In this document: piece by piece, positions 50,298 to 60,082 of the stretch | How positions within the stretch are numbered: position 1 is the stretch's first letter | How the letters are laid out: every line of letters starts with the position of its first letter | Assembly (NCBI GenBank): GCA_963833985.1 | Contig: CAWIAD010000001.1 | Span: forward strand, 896,001 to 960,000 | Direction: 5' to 3' | DNA from: an uncultured Planctomycetaceae bacterium | GTDB lineage: Bacteria > Planctomycetota > Planctomycetia > Isosphaerales > Isosphaeraceae | DNA length: 64,000 nucleotides | The notes under the pieces: model-generated | What the model was told of the DNA's origin: nothing | Database searches by the model: none | What the model saw: the letters and a program-made list of their open reading frames with translations, nothing else | Program-made: the position numbers and the translations under genes

Positions 50298-50326
50298 AAT
50301 CTAAAGCATCAACACCCCTGTGTCAA
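50298..50326 (-). promoter_or_regulatory. Sigma70 promoter of tex
   Basis: Minus strand TTGACA (50326-50321), 17-bp spacer, TAGATT (50303-50298). Confidence 0.65.
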
Positions 50327-50389
50327 GCACCAGTCGGCGCCGACTTTCGTTCCCAACTTCCATCTTCATCGTATCTTGTGGCTGGTATG

Positions 50390-50409
50390 CCAGGAAAATC
50401 CAGGAAAAT
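50390..50409. repeat. 10-bp tandem direct repeat (CCAGGAAAAT x2)
   Basis: Exact duplicate, about 65 bp upstream of the tex -35 element. Confidence 0.5.
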
Positions 50410-50675
50410 GCGCCCCCGGCCCACAGCCCCTTCGCGCCTTCGCTTCCCCGGGACCGCTCGATGGAACATCTCGCCCGGTCTTTCGCAAAAGCAGATCTCA
50501 ATTTCGTGGATCGGCCTGGCTGCATTCCGGTGCGTCGCGGCAGGCCTGCCCCGCGGCACGGCTGCGCCGCGGGGTCGCCATGCAAGCCAACCTTGTCCAG
50601 CGGCACCCTCACGTCAGCCGCAAAGCTGCCGGCAACCGCTCGAAACGGGGCGCCACCCGCGGCGCGGAGCTGGCA

Positions 50676-51251
50676 TCAACCACCCTTGCCCCAGTTGAAA
50701 TAGAAGGGAAAGGGGTACGGTCCGGGGCCTGGAGAAACCGGGTCGAAGTCGTAAATCGGCACGTAGCTGCCCATGCAGTAGTACATTCCGACAGGACGAA
50801 AGAAGTTGAACTCGCCTTGCAGGAAGCGCAGCGGACGCGGCCATGGAAGCGCGGAGCGGTCCACCTTGACTGAACCGGGAGCGCCATAGAAGAACGGATA
50901 GACGCTTTCGGTGGCGCGTGACTTCCAGCCCAGGCCGTAAAGGCCCTGGTCCTTGACTCCATCGGGGTGCTTCACCAGTCCGCGGTCGGCATAGCGCATG
51001 TTGTAAAAATTGTCACGAAGCTGATCGTGCGGGAGTGTCTCCGGAGCGCCCACGTAGCGCATGATGAGGCCGCTCCGCTCCTTCAGGTCAGTGATCCGGG
51101 GCTGGGGGTACTGTGCACGCGCAGAGCCGCAGCTCAGCAGCAGTGCCAGTCCTGCGGCAGCCCAGAACGCGGGGGATGACGGGACTGTCCCCGACCCGGG
51201 TGATGGGCCCGGGATCGGTTCCGGGCCACGCTGTCGTCGGTATCCTGGCAT
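50676..51251 (-). CDS. Secreted Pro/Tyr/Gly-rich hypothetical protein
   Basis: SD aggag; hydrophobic signal ending ARA; aromatic/Pro-rich C-terminus (PGPGPYPFPFYFNW). Confidence 0.7.
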   Translation of the reverse strand: MPGYRRQRGPEPIPGPSPGSGTVPSSPAFWAAAGLALLLSCGSARAQYPQPRITDLKERSGLIMRYVGAPETLPHDQLRDNFYNMRYADRGLVKHPDGVKDQGLYGLGWKSRATESVYPFFYGAPGSVKVDRSALPWPRPLRFLQGEFNFFRPVGMYYCMGSYVPIYDFDPVSPGPGPYPFPFYFNWGKGG

Positions 51252-51377
51252 CGGTCGATACTCCTGTCCTGCGGGGCCTCGGCCATCCTGGCCGCACTGA
51301 CTTGGAAGCAACAAGCTCAGGCCCGCGCCATGCGCCCGGGCCTGAGACCTGGACAACCCCTGTAACCCCATAGATCG

Positions 51378-52427
51378 TCAAGGATCGTTAGGATTCATTG
51401 GCGGGAAGGCAAAAAATTCCCGGGGCGAGCGTGTCACCACGATGTAGGGGACGTAGCCAGGGGTCAGGGGGACGGGACCACCAGGCCCCACGAAGTAATC
51501 AAAATCCTTGCGGTGCATCAGTCCGAGCAGCGAGCCCATGAGGCGGCCGTGACCCAGACCCTTCATGCAATGCTCGCAACCCTTGCCCCCGCAGAACCCG
51601 CACGACTTGCCGCCATGCCCCAGTCCGTGATGGAACAAGCCGCACCCTCCGCAGGCACCGCACATTCCATTTCCATGGCCATGGCCAAGCCCGCCGCACG
51701 CGTTGCAGGGATCACCCATACCGGCTCCGCCGCAAGCACCGCAGCCCGATCCGTGGCAAAGCCGGCAAAGGAAATGGCCCGGGTGCGAATGCCGCCCCGC
51801 GATATTGCAGCCGGGATCACCGCAGAGACTCTGGCCCGATGCGGCCACGACTGGCGCAGTCGGTTGAACCTGGCTGGTGGCGGCCACGGTTGACGCATGA
51901 CAGGGGGCAAAGTGCTTCTTGTGCCCCGGGTCCGCAACAAGGCTCGAGCCGGCGTTGCACCCGGCCAGCTCGGCGCTGGTGCCGCAGCCGGCTCCCATTC
52001 CGCACGAGCCGAGAGCGCCGTCGCCATGGTGATGAAAGAGGCCGCGGCCAGCGCAAAAGCCGCAATTGCCGCTGCTGCCGCCGTGTCCGCAGCCGTGACC
52101 CAGGCCGCAATCGGTACCGTTATTGTGCCCGCAATGCAGCCCGTTCTTGCACTTCTCACAGCACTGGTGGAAGAGCCCCAGCGCCTGGGAACCCAGTCCG
52201 TTCATGCAGCCAATGGCTTTACCCAGATCGTCCTTGGCATAGTGGCCATAGGGGATCGGGGGAGCATAATACTCGCCCCCGGTTGTGAAGTCATAGGCCG
52301 GCACTTCGCGGGGAATCGTGTTCTGCAAGCGCCATCCGTCTGCCCGCACCGAGCTCACCAGTCCTGATGCCAGCACGACGGTCATCGAGAGTGCGAGCGG
52401 TATCCCTCGCAAGTTTCCGAATCGCAT
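51378..52427 (-). CDS. Secreted Cys/His/Gly-rich protein with repeated CxxCxGxG motifs
   Basis: Signal ending VRA; CGFCAGRG, CRLCHGSG, CGACGGAG, CNACGGLG, CGACGGCG, CGFCGGKG; C-terminal YVPYIVVTRSPREFFAFPP. Confidence 0.8.
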   Translation of the reverse strand: MRFGNLRGIPLALSMTVVLASGLVSSVRADGWRLQNTIPREVPAYDFTTGGEYYAPPIPYGHYAKDDLGKAIGCMNGLGSQALGLFHQCCEKCKNGLHCGHNNGTDCGLGHGCGHGGSSGNCGFCAGRGLFHHHGDGALGSCGMGAGCGTSAELAGCNAGSSLVADPGHKKHFAPCHASTVAATSQVQPTAPVVAASGQSLCGDPGCNIAGRHSHPGHFLCRLCHGSGCGACGGAGMGDPCNACGGLGHGHGNGMCGACGGCGLFHHGLGHGGKSCGFCGGKGCEHCMKGLGHGRLMGSLLGLMHRKDFDYFVGPGGPVPLTPGYVPYIVVTRSPREFFAFPPMNPNDP

Positions 52428-52744
52428 GGTCAATCCCTTGCCTGTGCTTCGATGTCGCCCTCCTGGAGTGTCCGGAATCAAGCGAGAGAGCGGCGGATGT
52501 GACCGAGCTTTCCTGCGCCCGGACGCGACCGCTCGCCCCGGTCAGAGCCATGCCGAACCTCTTGCCGGCCCGGAGGGTTCAGTGTTCCCTCCGCTCTCTG
52601 ACCCTGCCCTTGACCATCGGCGCGAAGCAATCTCGATCTCGATCGAATTCCTGGCTCGGCCGGCGTGAAAAGTCCGATCTCCCGCTACAGGCGCAGAGAT
52701 CGGACCATCTTCACCACTCGTTTCGCAGCCTGTTGCCCGCGCCG

Positions 52745-53529
52745 TCAATGTCCTGGGCCGTAAACCACAGAGGCCGGCAGCTCATTGACTGGCCGGGACG
52801 GGTCGTCATAGGCGATCGCCGCGTGCACACTCTTTTCCCTCTCTTCGCGAGCCTCGATCCGGCGTTGCCTGAGACCACCGAAACCGAAGAGGTGGCTGAT
52901 CACGTGAGGTCTCGAGTGCGACTGCGTATCCAGAGCCGTCTGCGCCGGGAGGATACTGGTGGTCTGAACCGCCGCGTCATATGGAGCCGCGCTGGTACGG
53001 GGAGGCATCGCTGCGCCACGCGAACCGTTCCACTGATTCGGGGCGCCCCGGAAGAGACCCACGGGGGCAGGACCCGCGTCGGCAAGCTGCGCCTCGCCAG
53101 CGCCGACGACGGCGTATCCTGGGGGGAGATTGCCGGCCATGACCGGTTCTCCCACAACGGCACGCCCAGGCGGCAGCGATTGCACCACGCTCACTGGGCC
53201 GGCTGCCATCGCGCCTGCCTGGCAGGCGGGGCAGGTCGTGCCTTGTTCATGAAAATGAACCGCCGAGTTTGCCATGGCCGGCATCGCCGGGGTTCCGGGC
53301 GGGGGGGAATGTCCACGCCGTCATGCTTCTTGGCCCAGGCGCGCTGGCATTCGACGCAATGCCGCCAGGCGAAGAGGCCCTTGTGATGGTGCGGGTTTCC
53401 GGACGTTTGCATGTTCTGGGGCGCCACGTAGTTCGCGGGTGGCGGTGCGGGCTCATCTCCGCGAGCGACGGCCGCGAAGACAAGCGCCAGGCCAGAGCAA
53501 CCCAGGCCCAAGCTTGCAAGGAAACGCAT
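52745..53529 (-). CDS. Secreted hypothetical protein with CxxC motifs (frameshift at G7 run 53301-53307)
   Basis: SD aaggag; signal MRFLASLGLGCSGLALVFAAVARG; HHHKGLFAWRHCVECQR; one added base joins ORF 52745..53284 (CPACQ...HAAIAY...ELPASVVYG). Confidence 0.72.
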
Positions 53530-53788
53530 TGAGGGAACTCCTTTCCCAGGTTCGCGCCGTACGCCCCGGCAGCATTCCGACGCGGAGCGCCTGAACCGGT
53601 CATCGATTGCCTTCCAGATCGGGTAGGCCGGCGGGACGGATGCGGGCCGAGGAGTCGGCTTCGATCCGGCCAATCTGGAACGGGCCCGAGTGCAGCTCGC
53701 AAGGAGCCGATGCGCGGACCTCCCGATACGTTCCCTAAGATCGGCACATCCTGACCGGGGCTTGCGAGAAAAACGATCTCCGGCCAGA

Positions 53789-55095
53789 TCAGCCGAACAA
53801 CTCGCCGACCACCTTCCCGCCATCGACAACCTTGATCGGCCGGCCGATCGGGGTCTGCACTTCCTTGCTGGCGTCAACGCCCAGGGCGTGACAGAGCGAT
53901 GCCATCAGGTCGGGGACGGTGACGGGGCGGTCCTTGACCTCCGTCCCCTCGCCGCTGGATGCGCCGATCACCTGGCCACCGCGGGTTCCGCCGCCGGCCA
54001 GGGCGACGTTGAAGACCCTGGGGAAATGGTCGCGTCCGGCGTTGCCATTGATCTTCGGGGTGCGGCCGAATTCGCCCATCCAGACAACCAGCGTGCGGCC
54101 CAGCATGCCCTGCTCCTTGAGGTCGCGAATCAAGGACGCGAACCCCGGGTCCACCTGCTGGGCGAGCTTGTCGACGCGCTCGTTGTTCTGCTGGTGGGTG
54201 TCCCAGCCGTTGCAGCGGACCTCGACGAAGGTGACGCCGGCCTGCACCAGCCTGCGGGCCAGCAGGCAACCCTGGCCAAACGGTGTGCGCCCGTAGGCAT
54301 CGCGGGTTCTCTGGCTTTCCGCGTCGAGGTGGAATGCATTCATGTGCGGCGAGAGAACCATGCGGGCGGACTGGGTGTACAGCGCCTGATGGTCCTTGAC
54401 GCGATCGTAGCCGCCGGCCTGCCCGAAACCCAGGGTTTCCAGCCGGGAAAGCAGGCCCAGCCGCCGCCGGAAACGGTCAACCGGGACGCGGGGCTGCGTG
54501 TTATCCGGCGGACGCTCCACGTTTTGTACGACAAATGGCTTCGATGCCGGCCCCAGAAAGCCGGCACCGATCGTCGCGCCGCCGATGCTCACGATGTGCG
54601 GGAGGTCGAACTTGCTCTCGCCGATCTCGGCGGCCATCGAGCAGCCGATACTCGGGTGCTTGAGCGTGGCCGTGGGGGTGTACCCGGTATGCAACTGGTA
54701 TGTCGCCCGCTGGTGGTTTCCCTCCTTGTTGGTCATCGACCGCACCAGGGCAATTTCCTTCATCACCCGCGCTGTCTGGTTCCATCCCTGGGCGATCGAG
54801 ATCCCCGGGACCGAGCTTTCTATGGCCTTGGTCGCTCCTCCGTGCTCGGTGCCCGGTTTCGGATCAAAGGTCTCGAGCTGGCTGGGGCCGCCGGCCATCC
54901 ACAGGAGGATGCACGCCATCTGCCGCTTCCGCAGCTCGTCGCGCGCAGCACCATCAGCTCGGTGAAGCTGAGCGGCAGGGCTGCGGCGCCGGCCATGCCC
55001 GCGGCACTCAGCCCCAGCGTGCGGAGGAAGCCCCGACGGCTGATGATGCCGTCTCGGTTCATGCCCACCTGGAGGATGTTCGATTCGATGTGCAT
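53789..55095 (-). CDS. DUF1501 domain protein (Tat), frameshift near 54941
   Basis: ISRRGFL; CILLWMAGGPSQLETFDPKP, CLLARRLVQAGVTFVEV, GWDTH, MGEFGRTPKIN, GRDHF. Confidence 0.9.
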
Positions 55096-55106
55096 GCGAT
55101 TGCCCC

Positions 55107-56951
55107 CTAGCGCCTGGAGATGAACTCGGTGGAGTTGATGAGCGCCCAGTAGATGTCCTCGAACACCTCGACGCGGTTGCCCACGCGATCCATGTAGGCC
55201 GAGCAAGCCTCCAGCTCCCTGGCGGTCGGCGGGCGTGACAGCACGCGGAGGAACAGCCTGTTCAGCGCCGCGCGATCACCGGGCGCGGTGGCGAGGATCT
55301 CGCCGAGCACCGTCCCGGGACGGGCCTGCGTGCGGTTGTGGATCATCGGCGCGTTCATCAAGAACAGGGCCTGAGGAATGGTGCCCACGATCTCGTCCAC
55401 GGGCGTCGAGGGGTCAATGCCGAAGAGGTTGTTGAAGGCATTCCTGGGGCCGCCCAGGCGCATCGCTTTGCCTTGCCCCTTGCCCGGAGTGGGCGCGGAT
55501 CCGAGCCCGGCCGCTTCGATAGCCTTTTTAACGGCGAGCGGCTTGTTCTTGCCCTTGCCCTGGCCCCTGTCCGCAGCCTGGGCTGCCAGTGGGCCGCGGT
55601 TGCCCGGGCGCCGGTCCATGGCAGCGGTGGGTACGGCCGCGAGGTCAACCGGCAACCCCAGCGCCTCGCTCAGTGCCGCGGCGATCTGGTCGGAGCGGAG
55701 CCGGCCGGGGCAGCTCGCCGCGAACGAGGTCTTGCCCGCCGAGGTGTTGGTGCCGCGGGCCCTGCGCTGGTAGGCGTTGGTGAGGGTGATCGTCCGCAGC
55801 AGCCAGCGGATGTCGTAGCCTCCCTGCTGCCACTGCTGGGCGAGCGTTTCGATCAGTTCCGGCGCCTTGGGCTTCCGTTCCGGGCCAAGGTCGTCCACGG
55901 CCTCGTAGAAGGAATCGCCCATGAGGGCGTACCACATCCGGTTCACGAAGGCACGGGCGAACCACGGGTTGTCCTGTCCGGTGATGTACGACGCCCCCAG
56001 AGCCCGCCGCGCGACGGTGTCCAGTCCCAGCGGCACCCTGGCGTCCGCAATCGCCGCGGCCAGGAAAAACCGGGGCGCCACGGGAACCCGCTTGTTCGGG
56101 TTCTCCAAATCAGGCATCGCGTACCGCGGCCGTCCCTGCACCTGAACTTCAAAGACGGGCAATTGCCCCGGCATTCCCCGGATGACCGGCCGCATGCGGG
56201 TTCCCGAGAAGAACGCCGCGAATTCGTGGAACTGCTGCCGCTTCCACGAGTCGGTCTTGTGGTCGTGGCACTGTGCGCACTGGATCTGAACTCCCATGAA
56301 GATCCGCGACACCTCGCCGGCCAGCTCCACGGGCTTCGCCTCGTGTGCCAGCGCGAAGCTGGCCGCCCCGTTCTCGTCCACGCGCCCGGTGGCCGTGATC
56401 AGGTCGGCGGCGATCTCGTCCCAGGGGCGGTTCTTCCGGAACTGCTCGGTCAGCCAGTCCTCGAGGGCGTCGTAGCGGATCTGCTGGGGGTTCTGGTTGG
56501 TGGCGTGGAAGCGGATCACGTCCTTCCAGTAATGAGCCCAGTTGCGGGCGTATTCCGGGCTCTGGAGCAGGGCGTCGATCCGTCGCGCTCGCTTGTCGCC
56601 GGCGTGATCCTTCACGAAGGAGAGCACCTGGGCCGGCGTTGGCGGCGTACCCGCAAGATCAAACTGGACGCGACGGAGGAATTCGCCATCGCTGGTGAGC
56701 GTCGCCGGCTCGACCCTGGGGTCGGTCTGCTTGAGGTAGCTGGCGACCATCCGGTCCAGATCGGCCGGGGTCAAGCTCGGCGGCGTGACCGAGCGGACCG
56801 GCCGCTGGGGCAGGTGATTCTGCGCCGCAGGCTCCTCGGTTTTCGCCGTCCTCACTTCCTGTCCGGGCAGACTCAGGTTCATCGTCAAGGCCGCAAGCAT
56901 GGCCGCGAACACCGGCCAGCAAGGTTCGCGCCAGCCAACCGCTCTGTTCAT
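55107..56951 (-). CDS. DUF1549/DUF1553 domain protein
   Basis: DGEFLRRVQFDLAGTPPT, IQCAQCHDH, NPWFARAFVNRMW, IPQALFLMN, EDIYWALINSTEF. Confidence 0.9.
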   Translation of the reverse strand: MNRAVGWREPCWPVFAAMLAALTMNLSLPGQEVRTAKTEEPAAQNHLPQRPVRSVTPPSLTPADLDRMVASYLKQTDPRVEPATLTSDGEFLRRVQFDLAGTPPTPAQVLSFVKDHAGDKRARRIDALLQSPEYARNWAHYWKDVIRFHATNQNPQQIRYDALEDWLTEQFRKNRPWDEIAADLITATGRVDENGAASFALAHEAKPVELAGEVSRIFMGVQIQCAQCHDHKTDSWKRQQFHEFAAFFSGTRMRPVIRGMPGQLPVFEVQVQGRPRYAMPDLENPNKRVPVAPRFFLAAAIADARVPLGLDTVARRALGASYITGQDNPWFARAFVNRMWYALMGDSFYEAVDDLGPERKPKAPELIETLAQQWQQGGYDIRWLLRTITLTNAYQRRARGTNTSAGKTSFAASCPGRLRSDQIAAALSEALGLPVDLAAVPTAAMDRRPGNRGPLAAQAADRGQGKGKNKPLAVKKAIEAAGLGSAPTPGKGQGKAMRLGGPRNAFNNLFGIDPSTPVDEIVGTIPQALFLMNAPMIHNRTQARPGTVLGEILATAPGDRAALNRLFLRVLSRPPTARELEACSAYMDRVGNRVEVFEDIYWALINSTEFISRR

Positions 56952-57339
56952 CCGCCTGTCTCCGGTTGTGGACTCGAGCCGATGGGACCGAATTGATCTT
57001 CTCTCCGTCAGCCCTCATCCGTCAATTCAACCCCGCTTCCGCCGTCGCGGTGTCGCCGCATTCCGGGTCCGCTTGTGATTCTGGTGAACGCAGCGATGCG
57101 GAAGCCGTCCTGCGAGCGCCGAGGGTGCGTTACGCGGGTTCTTCCGGAGATGCCAGGCCGGTGAGTGTTTCCGGCAGCAGCGCCTGGTGAACCGGGTTTC
57201 GACTCAAGTCTTTCGAGTCCGGATTCTTGCCGTGAGTTCCGGCAAGCCGGGGTGCTCGAGCGTGCGGGCGGACGGTCCGACACAATACGCACGGACAGAC
57301 TATCCCTTGCTGCACCATCGGGTTGCTTGCGCGCTTTGG

Positions 57340-57368
57340 TTGCCCGGCGGGCGGGCGCACATTAGATT
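57340..57368 (+). promoter_or_regulatory. Possible sigma70 promoter, giving a leader of about 175 nt
   Basis: TTGCCC, 17-bp spacer, TAGATT. Confidence 0.4.
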
Positions 57369-57547
57369 TCAACGGCTTGAACAGGGAGTGAGGATCAGGG
57401 CGGCTTGGCGGGCAGGACAGCACGCGATTGCCCCGGGGTGGGCAAGCCGCATGCCGGGAGGCCCGATCGTTCTCGAGATGCACCTGGGGAGTTGAGTGCC
57501 AGTCGCGATTCGTTGATTCGATCGGTCTCGCAACCCGGAGAATTGAA

Positions 57548-58285
57548 ATGCAAGGAACGATCGTGATGCTGGTCGCTCTGAGCGGGCTGGGCTGTCACCA
57601 CAAGGCGTGTGACGTGACCTTCGCCCCCTCGGGCTACTACTGCATGGGCGGCTGTCTGCCCGAGGAAAACGAAACGGATTACCCGGCTCCTGCCTACGCA
57701 CGCGGCCACATGCGCCCCGGCGGTTGCACCGACGGAACAGCCGGCCAGGGCGGGCATGGCTATTCCGCAAGCGATGTTCTGCTCTCCGGCCTGATGTACC
57801 TGGGAGGCGGCTGGGGTGGTAGCTGGAAGCGCCATCACACGCTCAGCCACGGAGTCGACCAGGGCGGATACGGTCCGGGCTATGGATACTGGGCCAACGG
57901 CTACGGCCATGGGGACCCGTCACCCGCGGTCTTCGGATCGGTCATCCCCATCTATGAAACGCCGATGAATTCCGGACCGGCGAGTCCAGGCTTTCCGCTG
58001 GTGAATCCGATGTACCCGACGCCGAACACCGGCGCGGCGGGGAGCGACTCCGCGGCAGGCGGGGCCGGGAACGGACCAGGCTACACCACGATCCCGGGAG
58101 CGGAAGGTACGCCCGCAAGCCCGGCGGCGCCGGGCGGGCCGGGTTCTCCCGCCCCAGCATCTCCGCCCCCGCGGCCGGCACCTGCCGCCGGCGCCCCCGT
58201 TGTTCCGGCCGAACCTGCCGTGCCGCCTCCTCCGACACCGGTCGTTCCCGGTGTTGCCAGGAATGGAACCCGCGCAGGATCCTGA
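57548..58285 (+). CDS. Exported or lipoprotein-like Gly/Tyr/Pro-rich hypothetical protein
   Basis: SD ggag; MQGTIVMLVALSGLGC leader; Cys cluster, GGYGPGYGYW segment, Pro-rich tail. Confidence 0.72.
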   Translation: MQGTIVMLVALSGLGCHHKACDVTFAPSGYYCMGGCLPEENETDYPAPAYARGHMRPGGCTDGTAGQGGHGYSASDVLLSGLMYLGGGWGGSWKRHHTLSHGVDQGGYGPGYGYWANGYGHGDPSPAVFGSVIPIYETPMNSGPASPGFPLVNPMYPTPNTGAAGSDSAAGGAGNGPGYTTIPGAEGTPASPAAPGGPGSPAPASPPPRPAPAAGAPVVPAEPAVPPPPTPVVPGVARNGTRAGS

Positions 58286-58512
58286 AGAGGTTGATTCGGT
58301 CCCTGTGCCTTCACCGTCCCCGCCTGGCCGCGAGGTTCCTGGCGAGCGTCGATGCGTCCACGGCTTCGGCCGCAAGCCAGGTGATGGCATGCCGGGCCAC
58401 GGGAAGGCACATGGAACCTCATGAATCTCGATTAAGCGTCACCTTTCCGGGATCGTGTCGCCGATAAGTTGAACTGGAGTAGCTGGAGATCATGGGATAA
58501 GGAGGTCCCGGC

Positions 58513-58839
58513 ATGTGGCGTAAAACTTTCCTGGCAGTTTGTGCGCTCGGTTGCACCGGATGTGCGGTCACGGACCGCCTGGACCTTGTCAACCAGCATC
58601 TCAGCGTGGCGAACTCACAGCTTTCCACGGCCGATCAGCGGCTGGCCGAAATGCAGGCGAATGTCCGCGATCTCCACGCGCAGATGAATGTCGCCCTGCG
58701 CAGTCTCGAGGAGACCAACCGCAAGTTGAACACCGTTGAGCAGGCCGTCTTGCAGTCGCCCGTGCTGCGACCCAAGATCAGCCCGCCTCCGCCGATCCGG
58801 CCTATCCCGCCGCCGGCTGCGTCCGCTCCCTCTCGTTGA
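58513..58839 (+). CDS. Small coiled-coil lipoprotein
   Basis: SD aaggagg; lipobox-like CTGC; heptad-like segment; Pro tail. Confidence 0.72.
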   Translation: MWRKTFLAVCALGCTGCAVTDRLDLVNQHLSVANSQLSTADQRLAEMQANVRDLHAQMNVALRSLEETNRKLNTVEQAVLQSPVLRPKISPPPPIRPIPPPAASAPSR

Positions 58840-59166
58840 TGATCGTGCTCGAAAGAGTGTCGGAAGCCCGGGATGGGGCTCTCGGGCCCTGGTCAGAATC
58901 CCGACAACCTTCCCGTCTTCCACTTCCCCTTCACGGTCTGGTCGCAGTTGTGTATGAAACGTAGGCAATCCGAGGCCCCGGGAGGTCGAGGCTTCGGCCT
59001 TGATCTCCCTGCGGGTCCGGACTGTTTGCGACTCCTGCGTGATTGAATAGAATGAAGGCGTGCAGCCGCGCTTCAGCGAAACAAACCGGGGCCCGGCCTG
59101 GCGCACGGCGTGACGCCCGCATTCCACGAACGTTCATCCAGATCGTGTCCCAAGGTAGCTCACTCG

Positions 59167-60064
59167 ATGCCCGACCCACTGGTGACATCACGGCCCTTGC
59201 CGGTCTCTGATCAGGACGCGCATTCCGCGCCCGTGCCGCCAGTCGTCCCTCCCATGTTGAGCGAGCGGCAACGCCGCGAATGGCTCATCGAAACGCTCGG
59301 GGAAGCCTTCTGCCGCAAGCTTGGCGTCTATCGGATTCCCCAGGACCTCGTCCTCTCGGTGGTGATTCCGGCGTACAACGAAAATCGAACGATCCGCGAG
59401 ATCCTCGACCGCGTCCGCGCGGTGCCAATCAACAAGCAGATCATCGTGGTCGACGACTGCTCGACCGACGGCACGCGTGAGATCCTGCGGCAGGAAGCCG
59501 AGCGCGACCCCGGCATGATGCTGGTCCTGCACGAGGTGAACCAGGGGAAAGGCGCGTGCGCTGCGGACCGGCTTCCGGCACGCCACCGGCGACCTGGTGA
59601 TCGTCCAGGACGCTGACCTGGAATACGAGCCCGAACAGTATCCCGAACTTCTTCAGCCGATCGTCGAGGGGAAGGCCGACGTGGTCTTCGGCTCGCGGTT
59701 CATCGGCGAGACCCATCGCGTGCTCTATTTCTGGCATTCGGTGGCGAACAAGGGCTTGACATTGCTCTCGAACATGTTTACTAACTTGAACCTCACCGAC
59801 ATGGAGGTCTGCTACAAGGTCTTCCGCCGCGAGATCATCCAGGGCATCACGCTCAGGAGCGATCGCTTTGGCTTCGAGCCGGAGGTCACCGCGAAGGTCG
59901 CCCGCTACACGCTGACCGACGAGCACGGCCGGCGCCGGCTTTGCCGGATTTACGAGATCCCGGTCTCGTACCACGGGCGTACCTATCTCGAAGGCAAGAA
60001 GATCGGGATCAAGGACGGCTTCCAGGCGCTCTACTGCATCATCCGCTACGCCTTCACGGACTGA
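59167..60064 (+). CDS. Glycosyltransferase family 2 (DPM1-like), frameshift near 59557
   Basis: [24 protein letters not shown]; second frame [29 protein letters not shown]. Confidence 0.92.
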
Positions 60065-60082
60065 TCGGAGACAGCCCCCGGC

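Noticed and set aside
51378..52427. Cys-rich protein as a multiheme cytochrome or RiPP precursor
   Set aside because: Only one CxxCH, and no radical SAM, YcaO, lanthionine synthetase or peptidase-transporter gene nearby.
43083..53307. G-run frameshifts as phase-variation switches
   Set aside because: The runs are short (4-7 nt) and similar indels occur in unrelated genes, so sequencing error is simpler.
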